DNA of 64,000 bases. It comes from the human T2T-CHM13v2.0 reference genome, Homo sapiens. A program made the position numbers and the translations under genes. Below the pieces are notes generated by a model. That model did not search any database. It was not told the DNA's origin and was given only the letters and a program-made list of their open reading frames with translations. Shown here piece by piece: positions 42,471 through 58,084 of this stretch (the first letter of the stretch is position 1; each line of letters opens with the position of its first letter). Location: NCBI RefSeq assembly GCF_009914755.1, contig NC_060935.1, one strand, 5' to 3'.

Positions 42471-42759
42471 CCAAGCCATCATCAATTCTAAGACATTTTA
42501 ATTTATAATTAAACTTAGTTCTAGTTAAGTATCAATGAGGAAGAAACTATGCTAAATTAACTTGACATGCTATTGATTGTAAAATTTACCCAGATATTGA
42601 TGTAAAAATATATATCTTAATATTGTTGAAACACAGAATATTCTATAAGTTTTGTGAGTTTTATGATGTTTTATGAGTAATATCATGATATCTCTGCTTT
42701 TTCTCAGTTGCATATGTTTTCCTTAACTTTATGCTTTTGAGATATAGACAAATATATGT

Positions 42760-43280
42760 ATGTCGATGCAATTTCTGCATTTTAATGTACACATTTTGTT
42801 GCATAAATAAACCAGTTTATTAATTCATTCTCCTATATAGGGAGAATTAGAAAGTTTTCAGTTTTTTTAATTATGAACTGTTCTGTAGTGAACATATTGT
42901 CCATGTCTTCTTTCACATATTAGTAAGAGTTGCGATTAAAAATAGTACTAGATTTAAGTTACATTTTCTATCTGTCTATTGTTTCATAGTATCCAGAGAA
43001 TATCCAGAAAGTAGGTGCAACTTGGCTTTCCTTCGTATTTTGCCATTGTTTGCCAAAAGTGGTTGTACCAGCTTTATTTCTCCCTAGATATATCTAAGAT
43101 TTTCATTTTTCACATTCACATAAACACATAGTGTTACCAATCTTATTGATATTTTTCAATCTGTTTTGTGTAAAATCATATCTCAGTGTGACTGTAATGT
43201 ACATTTCTATTGTTACAGGTTGAATATTCTTTTATTTGCCTGTTGACCAATTGAGTCTCTTTATCGTCATATTCTTTGCC
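42760..43280 (-). mobile_element. Highly degraded L1ME-like fragment
   Basis: tgaactgttctgtagtgaacatattgtccatgtc...ccaaaagtggttgtaccagcttta. Confidence 0.5.
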
Positions 43281-43862
43281 CCTTCCCCTTTTGTACAAAC
43301 AGCTCTAGATTTAAAGAGACTGTTATAGTTACCCAGCATTTCTAGAAGTTTGCACATATTTCTAGAATGTAATCTCTGCTGTCCTTTCTTACTCTTTTCC
43401 TACACAGCATTGTTACATATGCTAGTTTTATGAATATGTGAAAAGTAAAATTCTACAATGTGTAAAACAATATTGGTAATACATGGGAATTATGTAATAT
43501 ATTTTGGTCATGCTTTCTTTCAGCAAAGTGTAGATTTTAAATCTCAGAAAGGAGGAAGCATATAGTTTTATGGATCAGTAAATACCAATAGGTACTTTTA
43601 CAATGAGTAAGATTTTCAACGAGTATATCTACTACGCAGTTATATTATGATTGCTGATTTTGATCCCAGATAATCAAGTTTGAACACAAAGTATGATCTA
43701 GAAACAGCATGTAAAAGCAAAGAAAATGAACTCATCTAGGTCTCATTTCAGAACTGAGTATAGAACTCCTATACTTTGGTCCACCAGAATTTATCAAGAA
43801 AAAACCTTCAACCTTTACATTTTGTGATATGTGAAGAGAAAGCTGGAAACTAAGAACCTAAT

Positions 43863-43921
43863 TCTCTCCCTCTCTCTCTCTACACACACACATACACACA
43901 CACACACACACACACATACAT
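43863..43921. repeat. (CT)n(CA)n compound microsatellite
   Basis: Direct reading. Confidence 0.9.
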
Positions 43922-44110
43922 AGAGGGCACAAAGTGATATTATGATATATGCATACAGTGTGGAATTATTAAGTCAAGTTAATTAACATATTCATCTTGT
44001 CAAATACTTGTCTTTTTGTGGTAAGAACATTTGAAATTTACTTTTTTGGCAATTTTGCCATATATAATAACTATATATATATAAATATATAGATGACATA
44101 TGTTATTCAC
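43922..44110 (-). mobile_element. L1MA8/9-like 3' end fragment
   Basis: tgatatatgcatacagtgtggaattattaagtcaagttaattaacatattcatc...gtggtaagaacatttgaaattta. Confidence 0.65.
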
Positions 44111-46114
44111 TACAGAATTTTGGGAATCCAAATGATAATTTAAATGGGAATTTTATCTACAATGAATTTGTCGCAAATACGAAAGAAACTGTTTTTTAAA
44201 GTCCGAAGACACTGGTACCTAAAGGTTAATATGGAAATCATTTCACAAAAATTTATTTTATGTTTACCTTTATTGTATCTATTAGGAAAGCTTTCACATA
44301 TATATATATATGTATATATGTGTATATATACAATTTCCACTATAGAAATCGCTATCAAACACAGAAACCTGTTTTATCTATGTTTTATCAGTAAATTATT
44401 TTTCTTTTTAAAAAGACAATGTTGAAATACTCATTCTTCAGTTTATATGTCTCAATGGTTGAAGGAAACTTTAAAAAATACTTTTCTTTAGGTTTTATTG
44501 AAAGTTTTGTAAATTGAACATTTTCACTTAATATTCCCACATTTGAATTCATTTTCTTAAAATTAACCTTTCTGTAGAATAAAGAGAAATATTTCCCACT
44601 GGCTCCATTTATAGCAGCTAGATGAATGTGCTGCTCAACATATTCTACCAGATTTTGCTCCAGAAATTTTCAGTTGCCACATGGAAAGGATATTGTTTTG
44701 TGTCAAAATAAAAAAATAACAGGAGCTCAATACTCACAGAAAACATAGAGGCTATAGTAATTGGCCACTGATAGGCAATCAATTTGCAATGACCGCTGTT
44801 ACACAATTAATTAGCTCAACTGGAAAACATGAAGTCAAATGTTTATTTTCCTCTCTAAAAGGTAAAAAATATCCTGGCACAAAAGCACATTTTTAATAAA
44901 TCCACCCTTATGAGCAAAGTAGGTAAAAAACATCACGTCAATATCAAAACTTACTCTAAAAGTTATCGGAGTTCTATTATATAGAAATTCATAATTTTCT
45001 TTGTACTTGATAATTTTCTGGCAACTGCCTGTAATGATTATCTTTTCAGAAATGAGCTTTTATATAAAGTATTTCATAAGATTGATAATTACATGTTAAT
45101 TCAAGACATGGACTACAAATATTTTCTAAAGCCAAAATGTTTAGTCTTAATTCTTCCCCAGAGCACCCTTCTGTTTATTATTGTATTATCATATTTACTG
45201 TAATTATTAAAATGAAAAATTTGAAAATAAGATTAGTTTTAGTATTAAAACTTGAGGTTTTAACCATAAATGTTTAAAACACCAGTTTATTTCTACAGAC
45301 TCTTTGGATAGGGTTGGAGACCTTGAAAAGTTAGAGAAATGTTTTTCAATTTCTTCATCTCTTCCTCTACAATAACCTTCTGTTCCCTGAGTAAAGTACC
45401 ACAGTAGGTCAGATAGGCAGATAAAAATTATTCTGGCTGTGATTTTTTTTCTTCTGCACCATATGGAGTAAAATGATATCTATGAGACAGAGTGTACACA
45501 AAAGATCCAGCTGCCATTTAATCAAATTGTTCACAGTGCAGGCCAATTAGGAGGATATTCAAAGCAATTCTAACTACTTGGTTCACAGCATTAACATCAG
45601 GACTTACAGAAAATAGTTGAGCAAAGCCAAACAAATTTTAAAACTTGTATAAGTTGAAGTCAGTGCATCCATTGGTGCATTCAGAATTGGTAATTGCACA
45701 CACAAGTAGCTATTCTGTACCAATGAGCATATGCTTGCAGAAGAAAATGTTCTAGTTAATGGAAAATAAAATTGCAGAGAAATGGCAACATCTGTCATTG
45801 AAGATTTAGCTCCCAGAATTAATACAGAATAAGCCTTTTAAAACTTTCACTGCAAACTAAGCATATTTTTTATGTCCTAAAAGTGTCCCCTACATTTACA
45901 TCTAAGTAAGAATAGCCAAGGACATGTATTATTGAGCATCTACTATAGTCTTATTTCACAGGAATGTACCTGAAGCATACGTGGATAGTATGTATAGGTT
46001 TATATATGGCCCACCCTAAGAAAGTAACATTATTAGAAAGGGAAATGTGTATTTATAACAATAATAAACAGATAATGAAGAGTGCTTTAGGGCAAAGGGC
46101 TCTAATGGAAAGAC

Positions 46115-46290
46115 GAGATGACTTAGACAATCTAGGTTTGAACCTCATATTATTGGCAGTAACAGTGTAAACTCAGACATGTTCTATAGACTCTCTCATC
46201 ATCAGTTTCCTCACCTGTATGTTAAGCAGATAATACTACCATGTCCACAAATGTCTATCAAGCCTATCAAGCATTCCTGTTGAGCGAAGT
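46115..46290 (+). mobile_element. MIR fragment
   Basis: agacaatctaggtttgaacctc...tcagtttcctcacctgtatg...ataatactacc. Confidence 0.6.
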
Positions 46291-46429
46291 ACATGAGTGA
46301 AGATCTCTAGGGCTCAGAGAGACAAAAATACTCCATTTATGGCAGTATGAACTTCTACCATGTCCTCTGTTTAGGAAGTATAACTGTTGTAGGGATGAAA
46401 ACTCAAACCTTTATCAATATGAGTAGCAA

Positions 46430-46583
46430 GCTCAACTACATTACTGTTTGGCTTCCTTGCCTTCCCCAGCTCCCCAGCTATTGTGTAAATTACAGGAGGT
46501 CAGGAATCTTTGTCTATTTTGTTCACTGAAAAGAACCAAGAACTTGACACATAGTATTATTATTTCTTAAAGGAATGAATAAA
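46430..46583 (+). mobile_element. L2 3' end
   Basis: ggtcaggaatctttgtctattttgttcactg...cttgacacatagta...gaatgaataaa. Confidence 0.65.
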
Positions 46584-47779
46584 AGTGTTAGCTGATGTTT
46601 AAGAGAATCCCTGTTTATCATCTTGGGCAGATTTTAGAAGTAAAGACCACACCATAGAATATTGTTTGCAACCATAATATGTTTGCAGTTTGGGTATGCA
46701 ATTTATAAAACCAAGGCCAGTAGGACTATTCAGGAGTCCCCAAAATGAAAGGAACAGAGTCACTGCTAGAGATATAAACTTTATGGGAATGAGTAAGAAT
46801 GTTGGATCCCCAGAGCAGAACTTAGGAAATACATAACAAGAGCACTGACTGTTCATCCAAAATAGGTTACTGTTGGATAAAGTAAAAGTCACATACACAT
46901 AGGATTCAAAGTGGTAAAACTGACATTATTTGTCATTGTTATATGTTAATTTGAATAGTACAAATTTCAAAGTTTATCAGAACCCAGAAAAGGCCTAAGA
47001 TTTTGGTTAGAGTTTGGATGGATAGAAGCAAAGAAAAAAAGGTTCTGATTATTTTATAACTAACAGAAGCCTGAGTGAAGACAAAAGCCAGGATAAGCTT
47101 GATAATTTGAGCAATAACTAGAGCAAAAGAAGGCTGTCTCATAGCTTCTCTCCTTTTCTCTGTTACTTGTGTGCTGCAAGAAAGTCTACAAAAGTGTTCT
47201 GGGCCATGAAAATTCAGACAACGATTTGGGCATGGAATTAGCATTGGAAAAATTATTCCACAAAAGGATTGCCTTCCACAAGGGAAGAGTATACATGTGA
47301 ATTAACTGAAATATCCTTATCCAGGTCCACAAATTCATAATTATTAACAGATAATATAACTAGACATTGAGTCATTAGGAACCACAGTGCTACTGAGGGT
47401 CATTGATCAGGGAAGTAAAATTATAAAGGCAATGTTTAATGAAGTTTAATTGATGGTAATACCCAGCAGAAACACAATAAGTTGAAGAAAATGGGGATTT
47501 AGAGAAACAAGGCATACAGATAGGAAAGTTAGGTACGGCAGGTGTGAAGAATTTAATCAAGATGGGAGCAAAAAAAAAAGAAAAAATAGGATATTATGAA
47601 AATAGATAGGTTTAAGAAAATACCACTAGTTTTGTTATGTGACTAAATATAAAAGAAAAAAAAGTATGAAAATAACTCCATTATTTTGGTTCTGAATAAA
47701 AAGGGTGCATTTCCACTAAAGAAATTCAGAATTGAGAGAGCTGACATCTGTTACACGTCTATCATCTACATTGCATTAA

Positions 47780-47980
47780 AGAAAACATTTTGCATTCATT
47801 GTTTTACTTAATACCTACAGCAGCTCTTTGAGGCACACAATTTCCCTGTCACAGATAAAGAAACAGGCTTTTAGAGTTTGGATAATTGGGCCATTTTTTA
47901 ATAAGAAATACATCTGGAGTAGCAGGATTGAAGCTCATATCGGTCTATCTCTAAAGCCCATATTTTACTCTAATATCATG
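47780..47980 (-). mobile_element. MIR fragment
   Basis: acagataaagaaacaggctt...gagtagcaggattgaagctc...ctctaaagccca. Confidence 0.55.
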
Positions 47981-49435
47981 CTACAAGATAGCTTTTACTA
48001 CTAAAACTTAATGTAAAAAAATAGGAAAGATAATAGCCAAGTTTGAGAAAGAATATTGGCAAAGGTTATTAAAAATTTTGAAGATATAAAGTTTTCAATA
48101 TATAATCTCATATTAAATAAGTGGGAGTTAATATACATACATATATGATAAAGTGACAATTTGGTGGGCTGAAATTAATGGTCCTCCTTCCTATCATAAC
48201 ATAGAGGCTGTACCAATTAACATTCCCACCAGCAGTGTATAAGCATTCCCTTTTCACTGCATCCACACCATCTATTGTATTTTGACTATTTAATAATTAC
48301 AATTCTGGCAGGAGTAAGGTGGTATCTCACTGTGGTTTTAATTTGCATTTCCCTGATGATGAGTGCTGTTGAACATTTTTTCATATGTTTGTTGGCCATT
48401 TGTATATCTTCTTTGTGAAACGTCTATTCATGTCATTTGCCCACTTTTCAATGGGTTTTTTTTCTTGCTGACTTGAGTTTTTTATAGATTCCATATATTA
48501 GTTCTGTGTCAGATTTATAGCTTGCAAATGTTTTCTTCTCTTCTGTGAGTTGTCTGTTTATGCTGATGATTATTTCTTTTGCTATGCAGGAGTTTTTTAG
48601 TTTAATTAGGTCCCATTGATTTTTGTTTCCATCGCAATTGCTTTTGGGGTCTTAGTCACAATTTTTTTGCCTAGACCATTATCCATAGAGCTTTTCCTAA
48701 GTTTTCTTCTAGAATTTATATGGTTTCAGGTCATAGATTTAAGTCTTTCATTTATTGAGATGATTTTTGCATATGGTGACACATAGGGATCCAGGTTCAT
48801 TTTTCTACATGTGGCTATCTAGTTTTCCCAGCACCATTTATTGATTCTATTGTTAAATCAAAAATATTTCAGAAACAAGTTGTTTAATTTGCATGTATTT
48901 CTGTAGTTTTGATGATTCCTTTTGCAATTGATTTCTGGTTTTATTTCACTATGATCTGAGAAGATATGTGACATGATTTTGATTTTTTTAAAATGTATTG
49001 AGACTCGTTTTGTGGCCTATCATATGGCCTATCTTAAACAACATTTCATGTGCTGATCTGAAGAATGTATATTCTGTAGTAGCATATATTCTTGGGTAGA
49101 GTATTTTGTAAATATCTGTTAAGTTCAAATTGTTCTGGAATACAGTTTACATCCATTGTTTTTTTGTTGACTTTCTGCCTTAATGGTCTGTCTAGTGCTA
49201 TCAGTGAAAAGTGTTGAAGTCTGTCACTATTATTGTGTTGCTGCCTATTCCTTTCTTAGGACTAGTATTTATTGTTTATCGAATCTGGAAGCTCCAGAGT
49301 TAGGTGCATATACATTTAGGACTGTAATATATTCTTATTGGATTGATCTTTTTATTATATAATGACCTTCTATGTCCTTTTACTTTTTAATGTTCTTGCT
49401 TTAAGGTCTGGTTTATCTGATATAAGAATAGTTAT

Positions 49436-49737
49436 GGCCGGGCGCGGTGGCTCACGCCTGTAATCCCAGCACTTTGGGAGGCCGAGGAGGGCGGATCACG
49501 AGATCAGGAGGTTGAGACCATCCTGGCTAACATGGTGAAACCCTGTCTCTACCAAAAATACAAAAAATTAGCCAGGCGTTGTGGCAGGTGCCTGTAGTCC
49601 CAGCTACTCAGGAGGCTGAGGCAGGAGAACGGAGTGAACCCGGGAAGGTGGAGGTTGCAGTGAGTCGAGATTGCACCACTGCACTCCAAACTTGGCGACA
49701 GATCGAGACTCTGTCAAAAAAAAATAAATAAATAAAA
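49436..49737 (+). mobile_element. AluY/AluSc8-like, full length
   Basis: ggccgggcgcggtggctcacgcc; accatcctggctaac; TSD aagaatagtta on both sides. Confidence 0.93.
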
Positions 49738-51393
49738 GAATAGTTACTACTGCTTGCGTTTAGTATCCATTTGCATGGGACATCATTTTCTACTTCTGTA
49801 CCTTGAGTCTGTACGAATCCCTAAATGTTAGGTAAGTATGTTGAAGAGAGCAGATTTAATTTTGTGATTGTTTTAATTATTTCTGTAAATCTGTATCTTT
49901 TAATTGAAGCGTTTAGATCATTTATATTCAACATTAGTATTGAGATGTGAGGTACTGTTATAGCCATTATGTTGTTACCTAAAAATTTGTTTTCTTCATT
50001 GTGTTATAGTTCTATAATTCCTGTAAGTTTTATTATTTCAAGATGTTCTATTCTGTGCATATCAACCTTTTATTTTAAGATTTAGGACTTTTAAAACCAT
50101 TTCTTATAATGCTTGTCTGGTAGTAACAATAACCTTCAGCATTTGCTTTTCTGAAAAATACTTTATATTTTCTTCATTTATGAAACTTAGTATTGCTGGA
50201 TACAAAATTGTTGGTTGACTGTTATTCTGCTTAAGAAGGCCAAAGATAGAACCCCAATCCCTTCTGAGGTTGTAAAGTTTGTAAGGTTTCTGCTGAGAAA
50301 TCTTCTGTTAATCTGATAGGTTTTCCTTTATATGTTACCAGATATTTTTGTGTCACTGCTCTTAGAATTATTTTCTTCAGGTTGACTTTAGATAGTCCAG
50401 TGTACTATATTGTGATGTCCTTGGAGATGTCTTTTTGCAATGAATTTTCCAGGACTTCTTTGAGCTTATTGTATTTGGATGTCTAAATCTTGTAAGACCA
50501 GGGAAGTTTTCCTCCATTATTCTCTCAAATAAGTTTTCCAAACTATTTTCTCTTAGGAACAGCAATGGTTCTTTGGTTTGGCCATGTAACATAATCCCAT
50601 GTTTCTTGGAGGCTTTGTTCATTTATTCTAATTAATTCTTTTTTATTTTTATTTGAGTAGGTTAATTCAAAAGCCTTGTCTTTGAGCTGAGATATTCTTT
50701 CTTCTACTTTGTCTAGTGTGTTGCTCAAACTTTCCATGCATTTTGTAACTTTCTAAATGTGCCTTCCACTGTCAAGAGTTAGGATTAGTTTTCCTTTAAT
50801 ATATTTATCTCTTTAGAAAATTTTTTATTCATATCCTAAATTGTTTTTAAACTTTGTAAATGTTGGTTTTGATATTTCTCTTGCATCTCTTTGAATAACT
50901 TAATAATCAACTTTTTAAATTCTTTATGTGGTATTACAAAGACTCCATTTTGATTTGGATCCATTGCTCGTGAGCTGGTGTGATTTTTGGGGGGTGTTAC
51001 AAAACCTTGTTTTATTATATTTTTCAAATTAATTTTCTGGTTTATTCTCATTTGGATAGGCTATTTTAATTATTTTTGAATTTATTTGTGATTCAACTGT
51101 GTTTCTTTATTTCCATTTTTTTTCCCTTGAGGATATAACTTTAATGTTTACTGTTTATTGTACCTGATTTGGCTCTGGATACTTTCATGGGTGAAGACTC
51201 TGTATGAGTTCCTTGGTTATAGACAGTATTCATATGATGGCGTTCTCAGATGATAATTGTAGTGGCAATGTGCTCAGTGTGTGAGCAGGTTCACTGTCTC
51301 CTGTGGAGTTTGAGTGGCAGAAGTGTCCTGAAGCTTATCTCATTCCTCAGTGCTGTGCACATTTTTATTTACTTATTTTTCCTCCAGTATTTA

Positions 51394-51840
<447 letters not shown>

Positions 51841-52277
51841 CTAAAGTCTTTTCAGGGAGAAAGGAGACAGCCACCACAGCTCACCTGCCAGGCCAGCAGG
51901 AAAGTGATCCACCTTCCAGTCACACTCTTGACCCAGTTTTCCAGCCATTCAGATTAGACAGGCACCTCTTTTCCTCCGCAGGAACGCTGATGTTTAATGT
52001 AGCGTTGAAACTCTACCTCTTGTACAAGCCTGAATCAGGAGGGCCCTCCTCCTGTGGGGATTCTGTCACACTGAAGTGTTCCAGTAAAGCTGTCTATAGG
52101 TGCACCCATGCCAAGTTCCTATGGGAGAAGTCCCAGCTCTGTCTGAACTGGTGGGTGAGGGGAAGAAGAAATCCCCATCTCCAAGACCCTTTAAAAGCAC
52201 CAGGGTTGCCTGACTGTTGGAGTAGAGCAGTAGACTTTCCTTGCCGAGCTTGGCACTGCACTGTGCCTCTGCTGAAA

Positions 52278-52860
52278 GAACTAGAAATACCATTTGAACC
52301 AGCCATCCCATTACTGGGTATATACCCAAAGTACTATAAATCATGCTGCTATAAAGACACATGCACACGTATGTTTATTGTGGCACTATTCACAATAGCA
52401 AAGACTTGGAACCAACCCAAATGTCCAACAACGATAGACTGGATTAAGAAAATGTGGCACATATACACCATGGAATACTATGCAGCCATAAAAAATGATG
52501 GGTTCATGTCCTTTATAGAGACATGGATGAAGCTGGAAACCATCATGCTCAGCAAACTATCGCAAGGACAAAAAACCAAACATCGCATGTTCTCACTCAT
52601 AGGTGGGAATTGAACAATGAGAACACATGGACACAGGAAGGGGAACATCACACTCTGGGGCCTGTTGTGGGGTCGGGGGAGGGGGGAGGGATAGCATTAG
52701 GAGATATACCTAATGCTAAATGATGAGTTAATGGGTGCAGCACACCAGCATGGCACATGTATACATATGTAACTAACCTGCACATTGTGCACATGTACCC
52801 TAAAACTTAAAGTATAAAAAAAAAATAAAGAAATAAAATAAAATAAATAATAATAAAAAA
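52278..52860 (+). mobile_element. 5'-truncated young L1 (L1PA3-like), ORF2 end + 3'UTR
   Basis: ELEIPFEPAIPLLG...SLIGGN; GAG (not ACA) at the Ta site; aactaacctgcacattg; short TSD aaagaa (52275-52280, 52859-52864). Confidence 0.9.
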
Positions 52861-53362
52861 AGAAACCTCCCACAAGCAGAAAGTTTTGGGACTAGAGACC
52901 ACACATCTGCATTATTTTGTCCCACAGGGTGCTCCTTTGATGTGGTATACTCCATCTTCCCTTAGGAGCAGGAGTCCCTGAGGGACAGAGTACTGTGAAT
53001 CCTGCTGCTCCTCTAGGTCTAGCCAGCCAGTGGAACTGCCATACTCCAGGCTGCTGCTGAGGAATGTCTCTAAGGGGTCCAGTTACGTGACCTGTCATCA
53101 AGACTCCCAGCAGTGGATACAGCACCAGCTGTGATGGGGGTAGCAGAGGAGTGAAATTGACTCTGTGAGATTCCTTGGTATAAATAGCCTTAGTGTGTGG
53201 GCTTTCTTAAATGCCAGTTACAGTAATAATGAACTATTCATGTGGACAGACTCAGGACCTCCTCGTTAGGCAGGGTGATGCAGGCAATGGTGATAGCTGA
53301 GATCATGAAAACGTTTTCTCCTTCCTGAGCACTGTGCTATTCTGCCTGAAGATGTTGTAATG

Positions 53363-53686
53363 CAGTGGTCCCAACCTTTTTTGGCACCAGGGAACTGTTT
53401 TGTGGAAGACAATTTTTCCACAGACCAGGGACGTGGATGGTTTCAGGATGAAACTATTCTACCTCAGATCATGAGGCATTAGATTCTCACAGGAGCGTGC
53501 AACTTAGATCCCTCACATGCACAGCTCACAATAGTGTTCATGCTCCTGTGAGAATCTAATGCCACCACTGATCTAATAGGAGGTGGAGCTCAGGCAATAA
53601 TACTTGCTTACCTCCTTCTGTGGAGTCTGGTTCCTAACAGGCCAGGGACCTGTACCAGTCCATGTCCTGGGGGTTGGGGATCTCTG
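53363..53686. mobile_element. MER1B hAT-Charlie MITE
   Basis: TIRs cagtggtcccaacc...ggttggggatctctg; 8-bp TSD ttgtaatg/ttgtaata. Confidence 0.88.
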
Positions 53687-55285
53687 TTGTAATAGAGCTC
53701 ATCAGTTGGCCTCCATCTAGGAGGTGATGCTTGCAATAAAGCACCAGCTGCGGCGGTAGTAATGGGATTTCTGTTTGCTTTTTGTTAGCTAAGGAAGGTT
53801 GTCTGATGTCTCAGGCAATGAGTGGGGCCATAGATCTCCCAAGAGCTTCTGTCCTTTGTGTTTAGCTACCAGGGTGAGTAGGGGGGGAAAAGCAGGTGGG
53901 GCCTGAGCCAGGCAAGACTTTTCTCTGGGTCTTCATGCGTGGCACAAGCAGTGGCTCCAGTGGGGATTGGTGGGCAGTTCTCTGCCCACTGAGGTAATGT
54001 TTCAGAGAGGAGCAGAGCTGCCTCTGTTGAAGCAGAGGAGTCTGCATGGGTAATAGGGAATAGCAGGGGGCAGTTAGCCTCACCCAGCTTCCACACACTT
54101 GGCAAGGCAGGTGTCACATCCACCGTGTTTCACTAGCAGCACCTAGCTAAGTTCCAGGCAGTCTGTAGTCAGAACTCAAAACTGCCACAGGCCATAGCTT
54201 TTCTTTCAGAGACAGAAACCATGGCTTTCAGGCCATGCCCCTCCCACTCTACCAGTGAAGCAGGGGCACCCAGCTCCTGCGCCCGTGGCTACAGCACACT
54301 TCTTACTTGCCCTTGGGTTCTGGCCAAGGGGAGGTTGTCCCTACTAAAAATTTTATTGCAAATGTCAGTTGGAAGCTTTCCTCAACCTTTGACAAGTGCC
54401 TGAGTTAGTTGGCAGATTTCTGCGAGCCCCCTGTGAGGTAAGATCAGGAATGACTTCCTTCTATACCTGCTGGAAACTGGGTTTGCATACAAAGCATGCC
54501 CCAGTGACACTGCTTCTCATATACTTCCCACCGCTAACTAAATCAGCTCCAGCACTAGGTAGGGTTAAGGCGTAGATTGCCAGTTTCCCCAGTGGCAGTG
54601 TATACCCTGGAGGCAGCTTATTCCCTTCTCACATTCTGGAGTCTTACAGTTTTCTGTCTGGTTCACAGCGTAGGCTTCAGCCTATCACTTCTTTGAAAAA
54701 GCCTGTGGTTTCCTTCGGTTTTCCTGTGAATTTTCTATGCCACTTCTTAGAAAAATATTCACAGCACAAATCTCTACACACTATTTTGCCCTTCTAACTG
54801 GGAAAGGCATACTCACAATGTCTCCAATTCACTATCTTGGAAAAAAACAACCAACCAACCAACTAAACAAACCAAAACTCTGCCCTTTGTTTTAACCACA
54901 CTATATGTAAAGGTTTTTCTTTCTTAGCTTTCTTTTTTTGTTAAGTTTAGTGTGATCAACTCAATTATCTACCTGCATTTCTATTGCATTTCTATCAATA
55001 GTAGAATTTTCCCCAGAAAAATTATTGTCCCTTACACTATTATCTTATAATTAGTCTTTCCCAATCACTGTGATTATCTTTCTATTATGTGCTTTTATCT
55101 GTTTATAAAAATGTCATTACTTTTCAAATCACTGCCCCTAAATCATGGATATAACTTTTGTTATTACTCTTTATTTTTATTTTTACAGGTATTGACCTGT
55201 ACTCAGGAAAACTATTAGGCCATCTTTATGTAGCTCACTAACAGTCATTTTGATTTAACAGTAGTTTTTACTTTAAAATATCCTG

Positions 55286-55960
<675 letters not shown>

Positions 55961-57086
55961 AGACAACTATTATTTTACGTTAGAAAATAAAGCAAACATC
56001 TATCTTTGAAAATGAGCAGACGTTTCCTAAACAATGATAGTGTCCAAGTTTTATACTAATCAAGGTTTAATTGGGCAACTATTTCTGTTTCATATGTTTG
56101 TGTACATATATAAATTATGTATTCTGAATATTTATAATATATGTTATATGCAGAACATATCTAAAATAATATATGATGCAGAATATAACATATAATATAG
56201 TAATATATTACATTCTGCATCATATTGTTTTATATAATATATATGATATGTGGGTATCTATTTGTTTTGCATATATTTTACTAGATCTTATATGTGTATA
56301 TATCTATATGCAATTAAACTTTTTTTCATTAAGAAAGAGAAGAGGGAAAGACAGAGAGAGAGAAAGCACAAGCATATGAGTACTTAAACATTGAGAAAAG
56401 GTGGTTTCTACTACAAAGTGGACAGAACAGAAGGAGTAGATGGAATTAGCATTTTTTAAGGCATGTATTAGGTTTGGGTGTTTTAAACTTTTATATTTAA
56501 TTGGTATAAGATATATTGTAGAAATATTGCAATCATATTTTGCCTATGAGAAATGCAACACAGCATATTTTCTTACCTGTGTGATACCACATTTTATTGA
56601 TTATATTTAGAAATATTATGCAATTACAAATTAGAGAGCTGTTTAAGTCTCAAGGTAACTAAAAATTTAAAATATTGTTTAAATATTTTCCTGAAACTCT
56701 TGAAGATTAACTTTTTATAAAGTACTATATTGAGATTCAAACAAATCCTTATTTGTCAGACACAGATCTTTCGTCTCAAATTTATCTTTGTCGCTTTAGA
56801 GATCTTTATATTTCAACTGTTGTTCATGTGCTTTTTGACTAATGACATTCAAAGGAAGCTGGAGTTTGCTCTATGTAGAGGTTTCATATCAGGGACAAGG
56901 TTATAAGGGTCTTAAGAAAGCATTTGGCATCAAGACTACTAGACTGTGAATAGTTAGAAAATACTTTAAGTGTAAAAGCATAGTCATATCTGTATAGATC
57001 TCCAATGAATAATTTAAACAAGCTTACTAATAATTTACAGAGCTGAATCATTTAAACACATCAGCAAGCATTGGACATATACATAA

Positions 57087-57421
<335 letters not shown>

Positions 57422-57620
57422 AAAAAATAGCTTTTAAGTGGGAATGTAATACCTCTATCTCTGTCAAATAAATTCTTTATTATAATTTAATCTTAAGATT
57501 TTCAATAATGTGAGTATATTTCCAAAATCACATGTATCTTTATAAATTATATTATGAATATTCATTTTAAACAGAAAACGTTAAAAATTTTCAGGTGACT
57601 GATTGCCATCTTATGTTGTA

Positions 57621-58084
57621 TTACATTGGTGCAAAAATAATTTTGTTTTTTGTCATTACTTTTAAAGATGAAAACTGCAATTGCATTACTTTTGCAGCAA
57701 CTGATATGGTTTGGCTGTGTCCCCACCCAAATCTCATCTTGAATTGTAACTTCCACAATTCCCACTTGCTGTGGGAAGAACCCAGTGGGGGTGATTGAAT
57801 TATGGGGGCATGTCTTTCCTAAGCTGTTCTCATGAGGGTGAATGAGTCTCTCAAGATATAATGGTTTTAAAAATGGGAGTTTCCCTGCACAAGCTCTCTC
57901 TTTGCCTGCTGCCATTCATGTAAGATGTGACTTGCTCCTCCTTGCCTTCCTTCATGATTGTGAGGGCTCTCCAGTCATATGGAACTGTAAGTCCAATAAA
58001 CCTAAAACCTCTTTCTTTGTAAATTGCCCAGTCTCATGCATGTCTTTATCAGCAGCGTGAAAACTGACTAATACACCAATCTAA
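57621..58084. mobile_element. MADE1 mariner MITE (57621-57701 + 58076-58084) split by a THE1 LTR
   Basis: ta|ttacattggtgcaaaaataatt...attacttttgcagcaac [THE1] ccaatctaa|ta; TA TSD. Confidence 0.75.
57702..58075 (+). mobile_element. THE1B-like MaLR solo LTR
   Basis: tgatatggtttggctgtgtccccacccaaatctcatc...gactaataca; degenerate 5-bp TSD gcaac/ccaat. Confidence 0.9.

Noticed and set aside
44450-45850. Long repeat-poor stretch that might hold a conserved enhancer or exon
   Set aside because: No ORF or motif evidence beyond short homeobox-like TAATTA words; conservation cannot be judged from this sequence alone.
55165-55260. Strong-looking splice acceptor (tttatttttattttacag|g)
   Set aside because: No convincing partner donor or reading frame; such motifs are common in AT-rich DNA and cannot be supported without transcript data.
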